From: Akkermansia muciniphila ATCC BAA-835
Lineage (GTDB): Bacteria > Verrucomicrobiota > Verrucomicrobiia > Verrucomicrobiales > Akkermansiaceae
DNA length: 32,000 nucleotides
Assembly (NCBI RefSeq): GCF_000020225.1
Contig: NC_010655.1
Coordinates: 2,280,001-2,312,000, forward strand
Direction: 5' to 3'
How positions within the stretch are numbered: the stretch's first letter is position 1; each line of letters begins with the position of its first letter. The notes beneath the pieces are model-generated. The model did not search any database. It was given only the letters and a program-made list of their open reading frames with translations, and was not told where the DNA came from. The position numbers were made by a program, and so were the translations under genes. This document shows positions 1 to 8,114 of the stretch, one piece after another.

Positions 1-2
1 AC

Positions 3-725
3 GTGCGCGTGGGGAGTATTGCGGTGCTTTCTTGGAGCATGGCCCAGGTATGGGAAACGCTGGTTGCGGAAAAAAATGTCTGGCAGCCTTCCTTCCGCCG
101 GGGCTCTGCCGCCTTCTGCATGGTTGTGACGGTGATGATGCTGGGCCTGCTGGGGATGGACATGCTGGGAGGGACGGGAAAGGTCGTTCTTTCCATGTTC
201 CCCGTATACATGATTGCATATGTTCTGCTGGTGTCCCTGGCATTCGCTGTGTTGTCTGCCGTGTTCCTGAGGCGGCTGGACGGAGGGAAGGAGCTGCCTT
301 GGCCCCGCCTGGGCGGCATGCTGACGGCTATGGTTCTGGTGAAAGCCTATATTGTGTATTCTCAGTACATGATTACCTGGTACGCCTCCATTCCGGCTGA
401 AATGTCCTTTTATAACGCAGCCGCTTCCTCCGGCTGGTCCGGAATGTTTGCCGCGGCTCTTGTTCTTCAGCTTCTGCTGCCTTTCCTTATTTTGCTGTTC
501 CCCGCGTTGAGACGCCGGCCGTCCGCGTTGGGCGCTGTATGCGCCGGGGTGCTGTTTGGCTCCCTGCTGGAAGCATGCTGGATGTTCGGCCCCGGACTTG
601 GGCTGGACCCGTCCGCATGGAAGGCATGGCTTCCGCTTGTCCTGCTCTTGGGAGGGATGGCCCTGATCTGCTGTTTTTCCTTCCTGGGGGCACTGAGCGT
701 CCGCAGGGTATTTCCCGAATCATGA
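3..725 (+). CDS. Polytopic membrane protein, 5'-truncated by the window edge. It resembles the NrfD-like/ActF-type membrane subunit of quinol:cytochrome c oxidoreductase (alternative complex III).
   Basis: Open frame from the window start. Multiple hydrophobic helices. The motif YMITWYASIPAEMSFY resembles the conserved IWYANIPEE motif of ActF-type proteins. Stop TGA at 723-725 overlaps the next ATG (ATGA). Confidence 0.6.
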   Translation: MRVGSIAVLSWSMAQVWETLVAEKNVWQPSFRRGSAAFCMVVTVMMLGLLGMDMLGGTGKVVLSMFPVYMIAYVLLVSLAFAVLSAVFLRRLDGGKELPWPRLGGMLTAMVLVKAYIVYSQYMITWYASIPAEMSFYNAAASSGWSGMFAAALVLQLLLPFLILLFPALRRRPSALGAVCAGVLFGSLLEACWMFGPGLGLDPSAWKAWLPLVLLLGGMALICCFSFLGALSVRRVFPES

Positions 726-3049
726 TGAACCGTACCGCCGCCGTTTTTTTTCTGTTTTCCCGCCGTCCGGGCGAGTATCTCCCCCTGTTCTGGCTGACAG
801 GGGCTTTCGTGCTGGGTTTCCTGTGGTCGCTGGCGTACGCTTCCGGTCTGGTGGCGGAGGAGCCTTTGCCGTGGCCGGCCGGCCGCCTCATGTTCGCATT
901 CTACGGCATGCTGGTGTACGGCTGGGCCCTCCCCGTCCTGTTTTCCTTTGCGGCGGGAAGCAGGAGCCGGTGGATGAAACCCGTAGAATGGCTCTGGCAT
1001 GCCTGCGTTGCGTTGGGGTTGGCGACTATTGCCGCGGGAAATGGGAGCGGCGTGCTCCTGATGCCTTTTGACTGGTGGGTTTGCCCGGTTTTTGCCTTCC
1101 TTGCCGCAGGGGCGGCGTGCGTCGCATGGTTCCGTCCGTTTCCGTGGACTGTACGGCTGTTGTTCAGTTCCTCCGCCGGGTGTGTGGCCGCGGCCCTTTG
1201 GGCGTTGGGACATACGCAGGCATTGTCCATGAATGGCCTGCTGGATGTTTCCGCCCTGGGAGGAAGCCTGTCCTGCGGGCTGATGTTTGCCGCCCTGGGA
1301 GCGGCGGCGCTCCGCCTGGATATGGCGCTGGGGAGGGCAGCCGGAATCCTGTCCGTCTGGATGGCCCTGGTGCTGGCGGCGGCTCCGGTGATTGGCGGGC
1401 TGGGGGGGCTTCAGGGGGTTCCCGTGCCGTGGATGTTGGTGGAGGCCGGTACCGCCTGGTTTTGGTGCGCCGTTCTTCCCGCCGTCCTGGCGGTGGCGCG
1501 TTTTTGGATAAAATCCGGTACGAAGACCGGAATATGGGTGAAGACCGGAGTTTCCCTGCTTGCCTTGCTGGCGGCATGGAACGTGTTTGTTGTGGGTGCG
1601 CCTGAGCTGATGCAGTTTTCCCTGTCTGCATGGCATGAACCGGAATTATGGATTCTGCTGGGGGCCGGAGTTTTGATGATGGCAGGGGGGAAGGCCCCCG
1701 GACATTTCCCTGCGGCATGGCGGCTGTTGGGCGCAGGCGTCTGCGGCGTGCTTCTGGCGTATGCCGTGGGCGTGCTTGCCGCCCTGGATGTCCAGGCTTT
1801 TCCTGAGGCCCGTCGCGCGGAGCTGATGAGCGGCTGGGTGGGCATGGCTGCCTGCATCCACGCCGTAGCCATGGCTTTTTGCCTGGCGGGCAGCCTCTGC
1901 CTGTGGCGGCCAGCGGGAGCGGAAGACGGAGGCCGGGAGTCTTCCCCTCCGTTTTTGCGGCGTTTCTTCTTCATTTCAGCCGTAGCGGCGGCTTTGGCGC
2001 TGGCGACGGCTGCGGCCGTTGTTCTGCATGCTCCGCCTCCGGATACCATGGAGGTTAGGAGGCACGTTCATGATGCGGAAGGTTCCGGCATTTACGCCGC
2101 AGAGGGGTGTGCCCTGTGCCATACCCAGATTATCCGGCGTTCCCTGTCCGGAAAGGACTGGCAGACGGCGATTGACCGCGGCACGGATCCTGATTTCCCC
2201 TACCGGGTCAGTGAACCGGAAGACATGGATGCCGAATTCAACAGGGAAGGGGCTCCGCAGGCGGGCGTGGCGGCCATAGGCCCGGACCTGAGCAATGCGG
2301 CGGAATACGCCGCCGGGAGGTTGGAATATGAAGACGCCGTATCCGGCGGCACGCGCCGCGCCGCGCAGGTGCGGGAATGGCTGGCCCTGCATCTTTACAA
2401 CCCGCGGGAATTGCAGTTCAACAAGCCCTGGACCATGTGTCCGGCCATGCCCGGACTGTTTGAGGAACGCCCGGTGGAAGGGAACGCCCCCTCCACGGCT
2501 GCCCTGCCTGTCCGGATGGAACGGGGCCGGGAGCTGGTGCCTTCCCCGCGCGGGGAGCGCCTGTTGAACTACCTGGAGTCCCTGCGGAGGGTGGAACCCT
2601 CCCTGAAGCGCGACCAAATCCATTCCTTCCCGGCCCTGTCCCATATTCACCCGGATTATGCCGCGCATCCTCCCGCCGTGGACATGGAACGCCTGAAGAA
2701 AGCCCGCGCCGCCGCCGTGATGGAAAAGGGCAGGGGCGTATACCTTTCCAAATGCGCCATCTGCCACGGCAACGACGGCATGGGGGACAAGGTGACCTAT
2801 CCTCCCCTGGCCGGGTCCGAGTGGCTGAAGGAAAAGCCTGATGTGGAAATCGTCAGGATCATCCTCCAGGGACTGACCGGACCCATCACGGTGAATGGAA
2901 AGGAATGGGATTCCACCATGCTGCCGCCCGGCGTCACGGATTCCCGCGACCTGGCGAACCTGCTCACATTCCTGCGCCGCCAGTTCGGCGGGGTGGAGAA
3001 GGCGGCCTATACGCCGGAGCAGGTGGACGCCATCCGCCGGGATCTGTGA
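722..3049 (+). CDS. 775-aa fusion protein: a roughly 12-TM membrane module, a TM anchor with a CcoO/FixO-like monohaem cytochrome c domain, and a C-terminal class I cytochrome c domain.
   Basis: ATG at 722 overlaps the upstream stop (ATGA). CxxCH motifs at nt 2108-2122 (CALCH) and 2753-2767 (CAICH). FixO-like string GPDL...W..HLYNPR....CPAMP. C-terminal string YPPLAGSEWL...ILQGLTGPITVNG...MLP is typical of small c-type cytochromes. Confidence 0.8.
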   Translation: MMNRTAAVFFLFSRRPGEYLPLFWLTGAFVLGFLWSLAYASGLVAEEPLPWPAGRLMFAFYGMLVYGWALPVLFSFAAGSRSRWMKPVEWLWHACVALGLATIAAGNGSGVLLMPFDWWVCPVFAFLAAGAACVAWFRPFPWTVRLLFSSSAGCVAAALWALGHTQALSMNGLLDVSALGGSLSCGLMFAALGAAALRLDMALGRAAGILSVWMALVLAAAPVIGGLGGLQGVPVPWMLVEAGTAWFWCAVLPAVLAVARFWIKSGTKTGIWVKTGVSLLALLAAWNVFVVGAPELMQFSLSAWHEPELWILLGAGVLMMAGGKAPGHFPAAWRLLGAGVCGVLLAYAVGVLAALDVQAFPEARRAELMSGWVGMAACIHAVAMAFCLAGSLCLWRPAGAEDGGRESSPPFLRRFFFISAVAAALALATAAAVVLHAPPPDTMEVRRHVHDAEGSGIYAAEGCALCHTQIIRRSLSGKDWQTAIDRGTDPDFPYRVSEPEDMDAEFNREGAPQAGVAAIGPDLSNAAEYAAGRLEYEDAVSGGTRRAAQVREWLALHLYNPRELQFNKPWTMCPAMPGLFEERPVEGNAPSTAALPVRMERGRELVPSPRGERLLNYLESLRRVEPSLKRDQIHSFPALSHIHPDYAAHPPAVDMERLKKARAAAVMEKGRGVYLSKCAICHGNDGMGDKVTYPPLAGSEWLKEKPDVEIVRIILQGLTGPITVNGKEWDSTMLPPGVTDSRDLANLLTFLRRQFGGVEKAAYTPEQVDAIRRDL

Positions 3050-3120
3050 CGGGAGGGCCCCCGATTACAACGTTTCATGCTCCTTGCCCCGGGAACGGAA
3101 ATGGCTGCAAATGCCATTCT

Positions 3121-3670
3121 ATGAATTTAGATGATACGTCCGCCCTTTCTGCGGACAGAAACGTTGTAATCGGAACAAATGCCAGTGCCGCCAATGGCAC
3201 GGACAATGTTGTGATAGGTTACCTCTTCCACCAGAGACGACCGGGGTACCGTTGTGGGTTCCACGTTCGTGGGCACCAACTCCGCTGGAACCGCCCTGGG
3301 GGATCATATTAAAGTAGGGAATTCCTGCGTTTCCGTAGGTTCCTGGTCCAATACGGACCACTGTCACATGGGGATTGCCCTGGGTTATCAGAGTAATACG
3401 TCCAATGAATCGGAGAAGCTCCATACGGCCACGGCCTATTCCTTCTGCGCGGGCATGGGTTCCCGGATCGAGGGGGACCTTCTGCATAGGCATCGGCAGG
3501 GGGGTATGTGGAAGACGGCTGCGGGCACAGCATCGTGCTTGGCGGCTATTCCAGGTCGGAAGTGCCCAGCGACATTGTGATTTCCGGCGGCCACGCGACG
3601 GCCACCCGGTGTGGTTCGTCAGTCCGGGCGTCACCAGCGGGGAGATGATGCTGGCCAGGCAAGCCCTTTT
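3121..3670 (+). pseudogene. Degenerate, multiply frameshifted remnant of a YadA-head/Hep_Hag-like or tail-fibre-like repeat protein.
   Basis: Repeat-like peptides appear in three different + frames. Frame 1: NVVIGTNASAANGTDNVVIGY (3121-3216). Frame 2: GSTFVGTNSAGTALGDHIKVGNSCVSVGSWSNT..GIALGYQSNTSNES (3218-~3475). Frame 0: TFCIGIGRG. Frame 1 again: HSIVLGGYSRSEVPSDIVISGGHATAT (3502-3645). No single frame stays open. Confidence 0.4.
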
Positions 3671-3953
3671 AGATTTCCACAACTTCCTCTTTCGTGATGG
3701 CATTGTAGGCCAGTGTTATCCCTCCGAAGCCGGAACCGGGGGCCGGAGGATTGCCCGGGTCAATGTCCTTTGCCAGCAAATCCAGCGGGTATAATTCCAG
3801 TTTGGTGCCGGGGGTGCAGAAAAATACCACGTCGGGATTGTCCCCGGTCTCGTCCGTTTTAAAACCAAGCTTGTCCCGGTAAAATTGCAGGGACTTTTTC
3901 ATGTCTATGACTCCAAGGCAGATGCCGGTTACTCTGTTCATGTTCTTCTTCAT
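3669..3953 (-). CDS. VOC (glyoxalase/bleomycin-resistance/dioxygenase) family protein, apparently truncated at the C-terminus (94 aa).
   Basis: N-terminal beta-alpha-beta-beta-beta module (VTGICLGVIDMKKSLQFYRDKLGF...ELY). The second module starts (GFGGITLAYNAITKEEVVEI) and then hits TAA. Typical single-domain VOC proteins are about 120-130 aa. Confidence 0.6.
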   Translation of the reverse strand: MKKNMNRVTGICLGVIDMKKSLQFYRDKLGFKTDETGDNPDVVFFCTPGTKLELYPLDLLAKDIDPGNPPAPGSGFGGITLAYNAITKEEVVEI

Positions 3954-4093
3954 GGAATTGGCGAATAGCCTGTTTTTCTGTTTAATGTTTTGCGGAGCCT
4001 CCGCCAGGAAAATGTGTTTTTCCCGGTTTTGTTAACGTCTGGTTTTATGGTGAAAGAAACGGAGCCGTCCGCAGGTAGTTAAGGAACCTTTTC

Positions 4094-5215
4094 ATGAATC
4101 TTCCTTCCTCCCGCATTCCCTGGCTGGACAATATCCGTGTTTTTGCCTGTATTCTCGTTATTGCCAGCCACATCGTGGGGCAGTTTTTTGTGTCGCCTCC
4201 TTTCACTCCGGACAATGAAACCTTTGCCTGGTCCTCCTTTTATACGGTGCTGGTGCGGGTCTCCATCCCCCTGTTTTTCATGATTTCCGGCGCCCTCCTG
4301 CTGCCCGTTCGGGATACGACGGGGCAATTCCTGAAAAAACGCTTCACCCGCGTCCTGTTCCCCTTCCTGCTGTGGTCTGCGTTTTACACTGTTTTTCCGT
4401 GGAGCTATGAAACGCTCACGGGGAACAGCTTTCACTCCGTCTTCCCCCTCTCACAGGTCACGCCGGACCTGGAAACCATGGGAACGAACCTGCTGCTGAT
4501 TCCACTGAAATTCAGCGTGGGCATTCATCTCTGGTACCTCTACGTGCTGATGGGCCTTTACCTCTTCCTGCCAGTAATATCCCCCTGGGTGGAGAAAGCG
4601 GGAAAGGCGGCCTTTGCCTACTTCCTGCTGCTGTGGGCGCTCACCCTCTTGTTCCCTTATCTCCAGACCATTTTCCCCAGCTATCTGGGAAAATGTCCCT
4701 GGAATGAATACGGGGCCCTGCATTCCTTCTCCGGGTACCTGGGCTACATGGTGCTCGGCTGCTTTCTGAGGAAATACCCTGGGAATGCCTCCTTCGCCCG
4801 CACGGCCTGCTGGGCCGTTCCGTGTCTGGCCGCGGCCTTTTGGTTTACCCTCCATTTCTACCGGACGTCCACGGCTCAGGCCTGGTCCTCAAGCGGCGAC
4901 TACATCGGCTTCGCCAGCATTAATGTGGCCCTCATGTCCGTAGCCTTCTTCGTTCTCTTCCAGTCACTTCCCGCGTTCAGAGCCGGGTCCGCGCCGCAGC
5001 GGTTCCTGGCTGATTTCTCCAGCATGAGTTTCGGCATCTACCTGGTCCACTTTGTGCTGGTGGGAGCCGTTTACCGCCTCTTTGGCATGCTCCATCTGTT
5101 GTTCCTTCCGGCTTCTCTTTCCATTCCGCTGCTGACTGCGGCGACGTGCCTGGCAGCCTGGGGAATCATCAAGCTGCTCTCCTTCCTCCCCGGCAGCAGG
5201 TACCTGATCGGATAA
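4094..5215 (+). CDS. Acyltransferase family 3 integral membrane protein (OafA/YrhL-like O-acyltransferase).
   Basis: N-terminal RIPWLDNIRVFACILVIASH signature. About 10 hydrophobic helices across 373 aa. Confidence 0.8.
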   Translation: MNLPSSRIPWLDNIRVFACILVIASHIVGQFFVSPPFTPDNETFAWSSFYTVLVRVSIPLFFMISGALLLPVRDTTGQFLKKRFTRVLFPFLLWSAFYTVFPWSYETLTGNSFHSVFPLSQVTPDLETMGTNLLLIPLKFSVGIHLWYLYVLMGLYLFLPVISPWVEKAGKAAFAYFLLLWALTLLFPYLQTIFPSYLGKCPWNEYGALHSFSGYLGYMVLGCFLRKYPGNASFARTACWAVPCLAAAFWFTLHFYRTSTAQAWSSSGDYIGFASINVALMSVAFFVLFQSLPAFRAGSAPQRFLADFSSMSFGIYLVHFVLVGAVYRLFGMLHLLFLPASLSIPLLTAATCLAAWGIIKLLSFLPGSRYLIG

Positions 5216-5230
5216 ATTCCGGCATGGAGA

Positions 5231-5269
5231 CAAAAAACTGCCCTCCGCATCGTGTGGCGGGAGGGCAGT
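5231..5269 (-). terminator. Rho-independent terminator downstream of icd.
   Basis: 10-bp stem ACTGCCCTCC (5237-5246) / GGAGGGCAGT (5260-5269). On the minus strand it is followed by TTTTTT (plus-strand A-run 5232-5237). Confidence 0.6.
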
Positions 5270-5298
5270 CCGGATGGAAAAAGCGGGAAAAACAGGGA

Positions 5299-6546
5299 TC
5301 AGCTCAGGGTTTCCACCAGTTTGTCGCCGTAAGCGGAGCAGGTAAGTTCCGTGGAACCGGGAATCATTTCCGCAAGGTCGAACGTAACCGTTTTTTCGGA
5401 AATCACCCGGTCAATGGCCTGAATCAGCAGATCGGCGGCTTCCGTCCAGCCCATGTAGCGCAACATCATCTCCGCAGACAGGATGACGGAGCTGGGGTTG
5501 GCCTTGTTCAGTCCGGCCAGTTTCGGCCCGGTGCCGTGCGTAGCTTCAAAAATGGAATGCCCCGTCAGGTAGTTGATGTTGCCTCCGGGGGCGATTCCGA
5601 TGCCGCCGACTTGCGCCGCCAGGGCGTCGGAGATGTAATCCCCGTTCAGATTCAGCGTGGCTACCACGTCGAAGTTTTCCGGATGGAGCAGAATTTCCTG
5701 AAGGAAGGCGTCTGCAATGCAGTCCTTGATAACGATACCGTTGGGAAGTTTCAGCCAGGGGCCGTCCCCTATGGGGAGGGCGCCGTATTCCCGCCGTGCG
5801 ACATCGTATCCCCAGTCACGGAAGCCGCCTTCCGTGAATTTCATGATGTTGCCCTTATGCACCAGCGTGACGCTTTTCCTTCCGTTTTTCACGGCATAGT
5901 CAATGGCGGCGCGCACCAGGCGCTCCGTGCCTTCACGGGAAACGGGCTTGATGCCGAAGCCGGAGCTTTCCGGGAAACGAACCTTTTTCATGCGGTCCGG
6001 GAAAATGCGGCTCATGGTATCAAAAAACAGCTTGGCATCCTCCGTGCCTTCCTTGAATTCGATTCCGGCGTAGATGTCTTCCGTGTTTTCGCGGAAAACG
6101 ACCATGTCCACTTTTTCCGGAGCTTTGACGGGAGTTTCAATGCCGTTGAAATAGCGCACGGGACGCAGGCAGACAAACAGATCCAGATCCTGCCGCAGCG
6201 TGACGTTCAGGCTGCGGATGCCTCCGCCCACCGGAGTGGTGAGGGGGCCTTTGATGCCGATGAGGTACGTGCGGAAAGCTTCCACCGTTTCATTCGGAAG
6301 CCAGGTGCCCAGATTGTCAAAAGATTTCTGCCCGGCAAAAACTTCATACCATGCGATGGAACGCCTGCCCTGATAAGCCTTGGCTACGGCTGCGTCAATG
6401 ACACGGGAGGCCGCCGCCCATATCTCAGGACCGGTTCCATCACCGATGATGAAGGGAATGACGGGCCTGTCCGGAACGCAAAGCCTGCCGTTCTGCATGG
6501 TGACGGCTGCACCGTCCGCGGGAGGGGTGAATGTTAAATTGGCCAT
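5299..6546 (-). CDS. icd: NADP-dependent isocitrate dehydrogenase (415 aa).
   Basis: Motifs [51 protein letters not shown]. Length matches E. coli-type Icd. Start chosen at MANLTF (ATG at 6544-6546) rather than the upstream in-frame ATG at 6657. Confidence 0.95.
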   Translation of the reverse strand: MANLTFTPPADGAAVTMQNGRLCVPDRPVIPFIIGDGTGPEIWAAASRVIDAAVAKAYQGRRSIAWYEVFAGQKSFDNLGTWLPNETVEAFRTYLIGIKGPLTTPVGGGIRSLNVTLRQDLDLFVCLRPVRYFNGIETPVKAPEKVDMVVFRENTEDIYAGIEFKEGTEDAKLFFDTMSRIFPDRMKKVRFPESSGFGIKPVSREGTERLVRAAIDYAVKNGRKSVTLVHKGNIMKFTEGGFRDWGYDVARREYGALPIGDGPWLKLPNGIVIKDCIADAFLQEILLHPENFDVVATLNLNGDYISDALAAQVGGIGIAPGGNINYLTGHSIFEATHGTGPKLAGLNKANPSSVILSAEMMLRYMGWTEAADLLIQAIDRVISEKTVTFDLAEMIPGSTELTCSAYGDKLVETLS

Positions 6547-6666
6547 GACGTGCGTTCCTTTATAGGACGCAACCCGGTTTGGCAAGATAAAAGAGCGGAA
6601 TGGGGAACTGCGCTTCGTGGAGCAACCGGCCTTGAAAATGTTTTCCTCATCCCGCATGCGCGTGTC

Positions 6667-7359
6667 TCAGAACCAGCGGTCCTTCCCGGAAGGTTCTTCC
6701 GGCCGACCGGCTTCTTCCCGGAGGCGTTTGAGGAAATTTTCTTCAGCCTGGTGTTTCAAACCGCTCTCCATGATATGCTTCCGGGCGTTTTCGTTCAGCT
6801 GGTTGACGGCAATGGCGGCATCTTCGGAAGTCAGCCTGTTCCAGATGCCGGCGTCATCCTTCACGATTCGCAGGGACCCCTCCACCATCTCACAGGAAAT
6901 CAGCTTGCCATGAAGGCCCTCTGCCGTAATGGGGCCTTTGTTTCTTGCGGGAATGATAATCCGAAGAGGTTCGGGCCCTTCCAGATTGATGCCCCCGTGG
7001 GCGCGGTAGGCCGCTTTCAGAATCAGCGTTTTCCTGCTCCACCACCAGGTGGTGGAGTAACGGTATTCATATTCAAAAGTCCGTTCCACTGTTACCAGGT
7101 TGGCCACTTTTTCATCCTTCTGCACAATCAGGGCCACGCCGCCGTGGTTGGAGGAAAAACCTTTATTGATCAGGGTGAGGCCCGCTTCCCTGCCGGCTTC
7201 AATCAGTTTTTCCGCTACAGCCATCGGCTTTTCCGCCGGGGCGGTGATGCAGGTGCGCACGCCCCAGAACAATACGGCCAGCACTCCTATCAGAACGGCA
7301 CCCCTGGCCAGCGCGACAACGGCGGGGGAATGGAAAAAGGTGGGGGAGGATCCGCTCAT
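6667..7359 (-). CDS. Membrane-anchored hypothetical protein, possibly DUF4230-like.
   Basis: 230-aa ORF with one N-terminal TM helix (AVVALARGAVLIGVLAVLFWGV) and a soluble beta-rich body. It lies 23 nt downstream of the DUF1232 gene on the same strand. Confidence 0.65.
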   Translation of the reverse strand: MSGSSPTFFHSPAVVALARGAVLIGVLAVLFWGVRTCITAPAEKPMAVAEKLIEAGREAGLTLINKGFSSNHGGVALIVQKDEKVANLVTVERTFEYEYRYSTTWWWSRKTLILKAAYRAHGGINLEGPEPLRIIIPARNKGPITAEGLHGKLISCEMVEGSLRIVKDDAGIWNRLTSEDAAIAVNQLNENARKHIMESGLKHQAEENFLKRLREEAGRPEEPSGKDRWF

Positions 7360-7382
7360 GAGATGTTGTGCGTGGCGGAAAT

Positions 7383-7670
7383 TCAGGGTTCCGGGTCTTC
7401 ATGGGAACCATGTTCCCTGATGGGGGGCATGAACAGGGCCAGGAAGGTGAAGGCAATGACGGTCAGGTCATCTATCTGTCCTACTCCCGGAATGAAATCC
7501 GGAATCAGGTCAATGGGGGAAAAGGCATAAAGAGCCGTCAGAGCCAGGAGGACAAGCTTGCGTCTGGTGAACAGGCGCGGTTCTCCTTCCCGGCTGCGGA
7601 AGTAATTGATGGCCCTGACCAGAAGCTGCTGCCTGGAGCCGTTGGGCGGAATGGGAATCTTGTTTTTCAT
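7383..7670 (-). CDS. DUF1232 (YkvA-like) small membrane protein.
   Basis: The string SPIDLIPDFIPGVGQIDDLTV matches the characteristic DUF1232 motif. 95 aa. Confidence 0.8.
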   Translation of the reverse strand: MKNKIPIPPNGSRQQLLVRAINYFRSREGEPRLFTRRKLVLLALTALYAFSPIDLIPDFIPGVGQIDDLTVIAFTFLALFMPPIREHGSHEDPEP

Positions 7671-8114
7671 GGAGATGCAGGGGTGAATTTACCGTCAATG
7701 GAAAAGAAACTCTTTTTTATATGGACCGGAAGCAGACCCGGAGGCGGGATAACGGCCCCCTTCGTCCTGCCTTGTCCCGGCAACGGCACGGGAAGGGATT
7801 TTTTTGAAGCCGTTTTCTGTAGGCGTCTTTTCATCAGGAAAGCTCTTTCCTTATTGTCTCATGCACTCCCGGCCGCGTCCAGAGCAATTCCCGGCTTCTT
7901 CCGGGAATGAGCTTCCTTGCATTTGAGAGAGAGTATAACGTTTACTTTTGTCCCTGCCGTTTTCCGAGCCTGTTTTCCCCCAGCCGCAAAAACGTTCCGC
8001 AGGGTAGAGGAGGGCTTCTTCCCCATTGGCCTGCGTTCCCTTCCCGGCAGAGGTCCGCTTGGGCTTGCGGCATTGACACGGCGGGAGGCACGGGGTACTC
8101 TCCTGCGGCATATA

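Noticed and set aside
3560-3671. Reading through the VOC stop codon in the same minus-strand frame gives ...TDEPHRVAVAWPPEI. This vaguely resembles the DPDGxxWExxxNP C-terminal motif of glyoxalase-like proteins, hinting at a simple nonsense mutation.
   Set aside because: The spacing between the last clear VOC helix and this string is about half what the fold requires. The same DNA reads as convincing adhesin-type repeats on the + strand. I therefore favour truncation or rearrangement, but I cannot exclude the alternative without a homology search.
5146-6537. Very long ORFs antisense to real genes. Examples: 5146-6537 opposite icd, 14127-15257 opposite gltX, 23686-24909 opposite aroC, 28923-30296 opposite the GGGTGRT gene, 8289-9410 opposite the MBL gene, 18497-19351, 467-1636 and 30858-31868.
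   Set aside because: Their translations are Arg/Gly/His/Pro-rich with no recognisable motifs. The opposite strand in each case encodes a protein with clear family signatures. Long stop-free antisense frames are expected in GC-rich, codon-biased genes.
7671-8114. A 444-nt intergenic region between the divergent DUF1232 and MBL-hydrolase genes. It includes a GACCGGAAGCAGAC string reminiscent of the SRP RNA domain IV, small hairpins (ATTCCCGG/CCGGGAAT at about 7886-7907) and a TTGACA...TATAAT pair near 8074-8115.
   Set aside because: The SRP-like string lacks the GGAA-closed helix and the symmetric-loop partner sequence. The TTGACA and TATAAT hexamers are 32 nt apart, and the TATAAT overlaps the start codon, so they cannot form one promoter. 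The small ORFs here have junk-like composition. I see nothing I can support beyond an unusually long spacer.
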